Below, in pieces: positions 53,740-64,000 of a stretch of DNA of 64,000 nucleotides. Source of the DNA: Octopus sinensis (Eukaryota). The stretch covers positions 50,220,001-50,284,000 of the forward strand of contig NC_043007.1 in NCBI RefSeq assembly GCF_006345805.1, read 5' to 3'. The notes beneath the pieces are model-generated. The model saw only the letters and a list, made by a program, of their open reading frames with translations. It did no database searches and had not been told where the DNA came from. How positions within the stretch are numbered: position 1 is the stretch's first letter; every line of letters starts with the position of its first letter. The position numbers and the translations under genes are program-made.

Positions 53740-55215
53740 TAGGGAGAATCCATTAAAAAAAGACAAAGACAGAGACAACAAACAGATGTATTAGTTTAAT
53801 GCTCGAGAAGTGAAGAAGTCTTTAACGTTTCGAGCCTACGCTTTCCCACAGAATGAAACAGAGAAACAAGGGGAAAATAAAGCATGTGTAGTGGCTAGCG
53901 ATCTATCTTGGCGAATTATGGACAGAGGGATCACACAGGAGATCTAGGAAGAAGAGGAGATAATAAAGTAGTGGTGATCCCAAAACCAAGGTGCGCGTGC
54001 GTGTGTATAAGAGAGTATGTATGTACGTGGGGAAGAGGGCTGGTGACCTTGACCTGTGTGTATGTGTATGTGTAGGTCTGTAGATATGGGGTTGGGAAGT
54101 GGTCAGTGCTAGTGTGTGCGTAGTGGTGTGATGTGATGTGGTGTTGTGAGGAATGGTGGTGTATGGTGTAGTGGTGCGTGGTGTGGTGTTGGGAGGCGGG
54201 TAGGCGAAAGTGGGGAAAGCAAGGGTGGGGTGTGGGTTAGGCTGAGGTTTGCGGTAGAGGTGGGATTTGTGGGAGTGGGTCTAAGAGATGGGGTGGGGTG
54301 GGATGGATAGGGAAGGTGGCGTTGGATTGTGTAGGGGTGGATGTAGGGTTACGAGGGAGAGTGATGATGGAGGAGGAAGGGAGAAGGTGGGTAGGAGTAA
54401 CGAGAAGTAGGAGTCGGAGCAAGAGAGAAGAGGTGGGTGGGAGGAAGTAGGTGTGAGGGGAGAGAGGAGAGGGGAGGAGGTTAGATTAAGAGGGGAGTTG
54501 ATCCCATATAGTGCGAAGGAGCGAAGAGAGAAGATTAATCCCAGTTCACGGTGCAAACGGGAGTCCGGATGGATCCTGTGCAAGAACAATCCGAACACAG
54601 ACAGGTGTTGCAAAGAGTGACCGGTGGAGCGGAAATGGAGTGAGACCAGGGTGCCATTGCCGATTCGGATGTCTCGGAGATGTTCTGCGAACCAGTCAGC
54701 CAAGCGGTGTCCCGTTTGCCCGATGTATAGAGAGGGGCAGAGAGAGCAGGAGATACAGTAAATGACATCGTTAGAAATGCCGGTATAGGAGTCGGTGATG
54801 TGATAGGGTCAATGATGGGTGCCGGTGAGGGGAGTGGTGTTGGAGAGGTAAGGGCAAGTGCGGCAGTGAGGGCGGGAGCAGGGGAACGAGCTGGGTTGGG
54901 AGGTTGGGTTAGGGAAGAAGCTGTGGACCAAGAGGTCTCGTACGTTGTGGGCTCGTTTGAAGGAAGTGAGGGGTCGGTTAGGGAATATTTGCGAAATGGA
55001 GGGGTCGGATTAGAGTCTCTGGAAGGCTCAGAGAATGGTGCGTTGGAGAGGTAGGGTGGTGGGGTCGTATGTTAAGGGAAACGGGAGACGGCAGGGCGAG
55101 TGCGTAGGAGAGAGCAGATGCACGGTCCACGGAACGTGCTCTGTCAAGGGCAGTGTGGATAGTGGTGAGAGAATATCCACATAGGATGAAGTGGCGAGCC
55201 ATGAGTTGAGACTGA
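53740..55215 (-). mobile_element. Penelope-like element 3' part (RT thumb, GIY-YIG, terminal repeat)
   Basis: LYIGQTGHRLADWFAEHLRDIR...HFRSTGHS...RELGLIFSLRSFALYGINS; upstream HFILCGYSLTTIHTALDRA; variant hammerhead-like AGCGTAGGCTCGAAACGTT at about 53825-53845. Confidence 0.8.
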
Positions 55216-55314
55216 GTCTCATATACAGGTAGATAGATGATAAATAGATAGACAGATGGATCGATAGATTGATAGATATATAGGCATACATACATACATA
55301 CTGACAGACAGACT

Positions 55315-55429
<115 letters not shown>

Positions 55430-56349
55430 GGATAGATAGACAGAGAGAGACAGATAGACAGGTAGATAGTTAAAGATAGTTAATGAAATAGATAGATAGA
55501 TACATATATACATACATACATACATACATACATGCACATATATATCAACACGAACTGCAGCCCTTTTGGGATGCACGATCGCTATATCACATCACATTTC
55601 GAAGGGTTTTTGTTTACAATCCAATAGCAACAGTGTTTACAATCCAAGAGCAACAGTGTACCACAAAATATCTAATAAACAAAAGTGACAGTGAATCCTT
55701 CGAGACCCCAGCATGCAATCGAAAATGTTGATTATGTCACTTCCCTATGGAATTCATTACATCTCTGATTTGAAACGTCGCAAATATATCATCAGGTTAC
55801 TATCTCCCGATTGTCACTAAAACAATATACAATCAAAAACAAAAAAGTCTGCTCTGAAGTAAATATAGAGAATCATCCAGGAATAACTGATACTAACACC
55901 ATCACAACCACTATGACCACAGGCACAACCAAGAGCACAACCAGCAACAAATCCCCTCATGCTTACAAACTAAAAGCAGCAAAGGAACATAAACTTCAGT
56001 GCTATAAACACGAACGACAAATGACTAACGGAACGCATACCCGAATATGCAGACATCAACCAGAGCAACTTCGTTACACAAACAAATACCACACCAACAC
56101 ATATACAACCATCCAAACACAAAATATCCAACACCGTAAAAGAAAAAACACCTCGATGGCGTAGGAAAGTTCAGAGGGGACAAGAAAATACTTTATAAGG
56201 GACGGAACACCAGTCGTTTTCCCCAACAAAAGTATAAGTAGCTCTCTCCTTTTTCTCACTGTTTAACAATGTCTCGCTAAGAACTGGCTGCATAATTGCA
56301 CTTGGCTTGATCAAGTAAAAACCAAGACTTGGTGCTTAGTATCTAGAGC

Positions 56350-57145
56350 ATCATTAAGCACTCACAACCTTCTGTCAGTCGGGTAGTGCGCTCAGTGGAT
56401 GATAGACCATGACAGCCTATAGTAAGCTAGTGGCTTACAAAAGCGATGACGTTCTCGGGGAGACAATGGACGTCGACGAGAATCAACTGCGTGGTCTGTT
56501 CCCGAGGACTTTCTGGCCAAAGCGCACGAATAATTCCCAGGAATTGCCCGTTCAAGATAAACTCTATAGGCATTAAATTCCTGTTCTCCACACACTCGTC
56601 CAGAGCCCGAGTAGTGCTGACCTATGGAGTCATTTCAAACACATGCTGTCACGTGTAAAACGGATCCGGCTATCAACTAAGCCCTTTGTGAAGATCATCC
56701 CACTTCCTTCATTGGCCTGAGAAGGACAGGTAGTATTTCTCTATTTGGTTACCTTAACGAAACATGGGGTGTGGTGAGCCAGATTTGAAAGAGCTGATGA
56801 CAGACACTTTCGTCATTAGCCAAGTACTCATCAACTTTTTCAAGTTTCATTTGAAAAGGAAAGTGAGAGTAGAGAGGGAGGTTCGACCTCACAGCAAATT
56901 TGTTGATAAGTTAGATGAGAGTAGCGAGCATGGTTCGAGTGAATGGCGCTTACGTTAGTGGACAGAAAAACGTGTTTTGTGGGGTTTCCACGAGTGGTAT
57001 CCCCCCAAGAAGCCTATCTCGTTTAAGAAAGCATTCATTGTTGAAATGTATGTTTACTACTGTTCTTTTTTGCACGTTCCCTTATGTAATCCCTTATTGT
57101 ATCACCCTAAACCGTTCCCAGCGTTTTTGTAAGCCTTCAGAGGTT
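56350..57145 (+). mobile_element. Probable Tx1/L1-clade LINE 3' fragment ending in (ATT)n
   Basis: Frameshifted TDTFVISQVLINFFKFHLKRKVRVERE...ASMVRVNG resembles Tx1 ORF2 C-termini; T-rich UTR then a simple-repeat tail. Confidence 0.45.
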
Positions 57146-57158
57146 AACAAACAAAACC

Positions 57159-57223
<65 letters not shown>

Positions 57224-57444
57224 TTCATTATCATTTTCTTTCAATTTTGTTTCCATTTCTTGCCGAGTGCCTTCCTGACACCTAGGGCAGAGAAAAGCCC
57301 TGTATACATTGATAGGCAATTAAAATAAACACACTAGATTTACAAAGACATGAGATATAGGAAAAGGGGGAAGAAATTCAGAAAAAGGAAAAAATGAAAA
57401 TAGAAACGCAAAAAGAGGCAAAAAAATCATCATCATCATCATCA

Positions 57445-57500
<56 letters not shown>

Positions 57501-59468
57501 AGAGACACAATCAATAGAAATATTGCTGGTTCAAATATTGTCACCTGTTTTTGTTAACAGCCAAGACATTAGATCCTGACTTTAGCTCATATTGACGGTC
57601 GTAATCCGATGGAGTGAAGTGTAATAACTTAGCATTGCAAGCAGCTGAAGTACTGCGTGGTACAAGAACGTTTCATTACATCTGAGGACTGCATTGAAAT
57701 GTTTAGGTGGATCTAGTCTGGAGGGAGGTTAAAATATATCCAATATCTCTGGCTTCTTCAGTGATAAACCTTCCCCCACCAGTTTACACATTACTTCTAT
57801 GGTTTGGCACATTCCATTTAGCCGTAAATAACAACCATGAAGTAGTCAATCCTCTTCAGCGCTGGATTTATAATCCATGACTTTACAATATTTATTTGAG
57901 ATTGCAAAATTTGTTGCTGTTTCTGATTTTAATCATTATAGTTGTTGTTGGATGAAATATTAAATGTAGTATGTTTGAGGTACATATTTAAGTCTGTATT
58001 GCAACACTAAGCAACAGTACTGAATAACGGTACTGTTTAATAACACTGCAGTTATTATTATTTTGGTGTTCTTGTTTAACTTCGATTAGGCTGAATAGAC
58101 CTATGGCTGAAGGCATAACCACACCTCACCTCGTTTTCGCTCATTGTGTATCTAGAACTAAATTATCAAATGTGTCCTTTGGAGGGATGATTCAACTGCA
58201 GTTTCTATTTGGTCAAGCCACCACACACAGGTTTTGTTGGTGATTCTTAATAACAGAGATATTAACAAATGTTAGAAAAATGCTTCTTCAAAATTGAGTA
58301 CCAAGTCAGAATGATTGCACAGACGTAGTTTAGTAAAGGATGGGATTCACATGGTTACTTCCCCCTAGATACATCACGACATAATCTTCACTCCCTGTCA
58401 TGCGTCTCTCTACCCAAAATTACTCAAATTTAATTATAGACGTGTCTCTATATATTTGTTTTATTTCTTTCTAGTTGTGTTTCCCCTCCGTTGTCCTGTA
58501 AGTCATTTCTATTCATTCAAACAGACACAATAACAATCGATGTCTATTACTACCCCTCCTACCAATGCTTTTTCTCAACATACCACCATCTGTATACAAT
58601 CAATCAAAATAATCACAAACATAGTGGTTTCAATACGAAAAAGGATGACCGCCATTTTCGTTTCAGTTTATCAATTTATTTATTTATTTATTTATTTATT
58701 CGCGTTTGTGTTTTCTAAACAATTTCTTTTAATTTCAATTTATGTTATTTTATGAATTTTTTTCTAGCCTTGTTCAACTTTTGTCGATTCTCTCTGCAAG
58801 GATTAATGATAATGCCGATGTCAATGATGTTGTTGCTAATGATGATGTTGATAATAATGCAGTTATTGATGATGATGATGTTGACAACGATGATGACGAC
58901 GACATGATCATGATGATAAAATGATGTTTTTGACAAAGAGAATTAAGAGTGATATAGGGAGAATGATGATCATGCTGCTGCTGCTGCTGTTGCTGCTGCT
59001 GATGATGATGGTGACGACGATAGTGTTGATAATTTTCAATACCCATTGATAACTGCTATTTCTGAGTGTGTCTCTTTATACCAGAAATGTTATTTAATTG
59101 TTTGATAGTCAGAGATGGATAAAATAAGTACCATGTCGAAATAAATAGCGGGGACTGACAAGAACCCTTTGAAGTGGTGCTACAGCATGGTTTGAGTCTA
59201 ATGGTTGAAACTAGAAAAAAGAGTAAATATGTTCACGTTTGACTATGTTTCTGGGGTTTAGTCTTTCTCATTCGCAAAATGAGCCCCCACTTAACTTTAC
59301 TTAACAAAATTGCTTTCAATTTTGGTGCATTGATGCAACCCTGAATTTTCATTACGATCAACCAATTACTTTATCTCGTAAATTAACGAATCTGCTGTTA
59401 TTTAGAATTAAAGTTGAGAAATTTGGGTAATTTTTGCCGATCAACAGACAGCGTGGCATTAGAATCTT

Positions 59469-59482
59469 GTTACCATGACAAC
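59469..59482. promoter_or_regulatory. RFX X-box-like motif GTTACCATGACAAC
   Basis: 12/14 match to palindromic GTTGCCATGGCAAC, in non-repeat sequence. Confidence 0.4.
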
Positions 59483-60671
59483 CGCATGCTGTGTTGTGGT
59501 TCACTGTTGTCTGTGCCGCTGTTGTCTATGTTGATGTTTCTCACTTGATGCTGCACACCACGAGATTCTTTTCACCTGCGTGTTTTTTTTTAACCTTTCT
59601 ATGTGTTAGTATATTACATATTTTCCGTGCTTCTCTGTATTAGTATTTCTCTGTGCTTTTTCTGTGTTAGTATTTTTACATATTTTTCATTTCATATATT
59701 TTGGGACTCATTGACTCAGCTGGATTTATGATTTCTCTAGGTTAATTCTATTCATAAAAATTTAAATTAGGAGTAAGGATGAAACTGTAAGTAATACAGA
59801 TAATCTGACATTATTTTTGAATCCTCTGTGTAAAAACATATTAGATACAGGTATCCTTTTCCTTGGGACAAATTCTTTGTTGACCAGTGCTATTCTTATC
59901 GTAGCTTACAGACCCAAGCAAGAAAGCGTTACTCAATTTTGGAGTTTCGGAGTCTGCGTCCCCTTCACACATATACAGATACACACACACATGCACTTAT
60001 ATATTAATGATCTACACAAATACATGACTGGTATACATAATATTGAAATACGCATAGAGTAAACACGTGCAGACAAATATATTAATATAACAAATTTTAA
60101 AAAACGATAAAAAAAACTACAATCAATGAAGAGACAAAAGAAACAGTTAGATGATACGTGTTGATTTTGTTAGGTATTTCTGTTTATTTAGAAAGTTGAC
60201 ATCGCTCCACTAAACGCAGAAATTTTCTGTCTCGCTATTGGCTAAAAATACCCAGTTTATTCTTCGATTTTTAAAACTCTGTAACTTTTTTCTCCAATTT
60301 GTGTTCTCCACATCATATCTTCAAAGCAATTAGACTGGAAGGCTACATTATTATAGCCGATTTTCAGATTTTTTACTTTCTTTTAAAAAGTGCATATTAT
60401 GCGAATGAAAAAAACTAGACCCTGTTTCTGTATTCCGGTGTACAATGGTGCGTTGAAATACATCCCATCTCACCAAAAATAATAAGACTTAAACCTTCGT
60501 TTGAGATCAATAAAAAGAATACCAGACTGAAAGAAGTACTCTAGTTGATATTATTGACACTTCAAGTCTGTGCCCCTGCATGGACTCAGTCTTATGAGCA
60601 AAAGTTGAGAGAAATTATAGCGATACATTACTTACCAAATACTTTAATTTCATTTAATATTTCACAAAATT

Positions 60672-60885
60672 AGGACGGTGAGCTGACAGAATAGTTAGCA
60701 CATCTGGCAAAATGCTTAGCGGCATTTTATCCATCTTTGCATACTGAGTTCAAATTCCGTCAAAGTCAACTTTGCCTTTTATCCTTTTGGAGTCGATAAA
60801 AGAAGTACGACTTAGGAACTGGGGTCGATGTAATTGACTTATCCGCTTCATCAAAATTACTGGCCTTGTGCAAAAATTTGAAAAC
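60672..60885 (+). mobile_element. SINE family A with 16-bp target-site duplication
   Basis: TSD AATATTTCACAAAATT at 60656-60671 and 60886-60901. Confidence 0.9.
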
Positions 60886-61305
60886 AATATTTCACAAAAT
60901 TGGTAAAACTTCGATGGCTAGAATTTGTACAGTCGTCAAACATGTCTTATTATGAGACACGACTAAAGCTTGAAACTGTGTCGTAGTTTCGATTCTTTAA
61001 ATAACTTGCCTCACTGATTTGGTACCCAATTCTATAAATAATTATTTATTTGTAATATTTTTTAAATGCCTAAAATCTCCCATTTCGTTTAGAAACAATG
61101 GTTTTGATAAAGAAAGTGTTATATTTTGGCATTTTAAATATAGCTAAAAGAGTTGTTCTTTCTTACACACACCCTTTTCCAAACATCATTATATGGGGTG
61201 TTGTCCAATTTCTAAGTGGGTCTGACCCAAACAGAAATATATGGTATGTGGAATATGTGTAACAGGCGCGTGCAAGTCTGTGTATGTTTTCGTCTGTGTA
61301 CAAGA

Positions 61306-61370
61306 ATCTGTCTGTCCGTGTGCGCATGACATGTTAATTTCTCGGGTATATAATTGCACGCATATATATA

Positions 61371-61432
<62 letters not shown>

Positions 61433-61459
61433 TATATACATACATATATATACATATAC

Positions 61460-61520
<61 letters not shown>

Positions 61521-61576
61521 TGCGTGCAATTATATACCCGAGAATTAACATGTCATGCGCACACGGACAGACAGAT
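61306..61576. repeat. About 60-bp inverted repeats enclosing a (TA)n tract
   Basis: ATCTGTCTGTCCGTGTGCGCATGACATGTTAATT(T)CTCGGGTATATAATTGCACGCATAT and its reverse complement. Confidence 0.9.
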
Positions 61577-61835
61577 ATATATATATGCATGTATGTATGC
61601 TCATGCATGTTTGCACGGGTATATATTTATGTGCGTGTGTGTGGGTGGGTAGATGGGGGATATTTGCTTGTGCTTTGAAATATGTCCGTGTCTATTGACG
61701 TATGGGTGGGTCGTGTTGTTATTAGTGAGTTTTATTAATTCTTTACTTAAACTTTGAAATGAAACCTGTACATGTTATATATTATGTATGCATATGTTGA
61801 CACGCATTCACTCACACACATACATATACATATAC

Positions 61836-61898
<63 letters not shown>

Positions 61899-61934
61899 AT
61901 ATACATATATATATATGTATATAGACAGGCAGGC

Positions 61935-62022
<88 letters not shown>

Positions 62023-62734
62023 TTCATATACGTCTCTATTCTGTAATATATAGGTTGGCGTTGTGATTATAGTGTTATTTCTAGAGATGGTGATGGAGCT
62101 GTTGGTTGTGGTGTTGGTAGTGATTGAATCGAGTATGATTCTGATGCTGGTGGCGGTAGCAAGGTGTTGGTAATGTTTGCTTTTGAGGTGTTTGTTGTGG
62201 TGTTAGTATTGGTAGTGGTATTGGTAATGGAGGTGATTATTGTAACGGTGGTGTTGGTGCTAGCGGCTACATTTGTGCTGCTTTTATCATTTATGTCTAA
62301 CACTGTGTCATTTATGGCCGACCAGGCCTATTTTCGATGATATTCCACGTGACCACCCCGACATTATATTTCTGTCACATTGTATTTAGCTCTAATTCTT
62401 TTGTTAAGACACTAGAGTATAATTTGAACTGCCTTTAGTTATTATTTTTAGCAGATCGTGGGACCATGCAGATAGATACGCCTCTCATTTCCCCAATTTG
62501 TTAATTAAATATTTCAATGATGGTAATTGCTGATAATAGTGACATAGCGATTGCTTTCATCCCATGCTGACACTGGATGCGCAGTTGCTGGTTTCTCACA
62601 TGTCACATGTCACAATTAATCTATCTCAAGAGATCTGTTAGGATAAAAAGTGCACCATAATAGCATTTACACTATACCAGTGTGTATGTGTGTATATATA
62701 TATATATTAGTAGAGCGTATCGACTCCAGTACAT

Positions 62735-63310
62735 TTTTATAAAGTCTGGTACTTATTTCCTCCTTCTCTTTTGCCGAATCACAAAGTTATTGAGACATAA
62801 ACAAAGCAGAATCAGATATTAAGCAGTGGTGGGTGACAAACACAGACATACGGGTGCTCGCGCATATATATAATATTCTTTTCTTCTTTTCTTTTATTCC
62901 GTTATTTGTTTCAGCCATTTGGCTGCGACCATGCTAGAGCATCGCCCTTAGTCGAGCAAATTGCCAACAGGACTTATTGTTTGCAAGCCTAGTACCTATT
63001 CTATCGGTCTCTTTTGATGAACCGTTAGATTACGGAACGTAAACACATTAGCATCTGTTGTCAAGCGATGTTGGTGGTGGGGAGCAAACACAGACACAAA
63101 CATATAAACACACACACATACATTATCCCTTTCTTGTATCACCTGTCTGGATGTTTTGCTTTCTTGTCCCATTTTGTATTATATATATATACACACACGA
63201 CGGGCTCCCTTTAGTTTCCGTCTACCAAATCCACTCACAAGTCATTGGTCGGGCCGAGTCTATATGGAAGATACTTGCCCAAGGTGTCACGCATTGGAAC
63301 TGAACCCGAC
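62735..63310 (-). mobile_element. SINE family B plus an adjacent family A tail fragment
   Basis: CCGTCTACCAAATCCACTCACAAG..GATACTTGCCCAAGGTG..GAACTGAACCC and tail GTTTCAGCCATTTGGCTGCGACCATGCTAGAGCATCGCC. Confidence 0.8.
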
Positions 63311-63333
63311 ACACACGCACACGGACACCTACA

Positions 63334-63417
<84 letters not shown>

Positions 63418-63492
63418 AATCAATCAATCTGTCTATCTATCTATATGTATATGTGTGTGCGAACGCACACACATATAGATAAATAGATAGAC

Positions 63493-63526
<34 letters not shown>

Positions 63527-64000
63527 CGAGAGAGAGAGAGGGGGAGAGAATGAGAGATAGTAGGGGTATCGAAGGGAAATGTATTCCATACAATGAGTTC
63601 GAATCAGCATAAAACATCGAAAAGATATTCATTCATTCAAAATATAGTCGCCATCGTCAACAATACCATTTTCATCATCTCGGAATGAGTTTTGTGTTTC
63701 CGCAGGCCAAAAAATCAGATTCTTTTGAAGATAAACGTGTCTAGAGTGTCATTTCGACATCGTCCAGCGTTCTGAATGTTTTTTTTCTTTTCTTTCGTTT
63801 TAATTTTTTTCTTTGATTTTGGTAAAGTGTGCAAGTGACCTGACAGAAAGAAACGATATCTGAAAAAAATAAAGATTAATAAAAAACAGTAAAACATTTG
63901 CTACATGCCTAACGTTACTAGCAGTATGGGTGCAGGATAAAAAACTGAGGGGTGATTTTTCTGCCGCACCCTGTATATCAGTGGTTCTCAACCGGGATCC

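Noticed and set aside
55811-56164. 117-aa Thr-rich ORF as ORF1 of the downstream Tx1-like element
   Set aside because: Low-complexity, with no recognisable RRM, zinc knuckle or esterase motif

Overview
AT-rich, microsatellite-dense animal genomic DNA. The tRNA-derived SINE families, Penelope/CR1/mariner content and (TA)n/(TG)n/(TATC)n/(AAT)n tracts fit an Octopus genome (inference from repeat recognition; no database search was run). I could not confidently assemble any cellular protein-coding gene, and almost all short ORFs in the supplied track are microsatellite translations. The only long ORF (38720-41089, minus, 789 aa) is a 5'-truncated CR1/L2-type LINE pol. The rest is transposon material: two SINE families, several Penelope-like elements (PLEs), Tc1/mariner relics, R4/Dong, RTE and Tx1-like fragments, a probable Helitron, and a GGATC-terminal MITE with 8-bp TSDs. 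The most interesting signal is non-coding. Two type I hammerhead ribozymes with fully canonical cores fold by hand (5155-5265 minus; 52341-52401 plus), and a third is decayed (16759-16833). Each sits mid-unit in a 437-497 bp ORF-less monomer with a partial terminal duplication and a 5' fold-back, next to (TA)n. This resembles non-LTR retrozymes or non-autonomous PLE derivatives copied from a circular or multimeric RNA. Three near-identical tandem duplications may be real or assembly artefacts.
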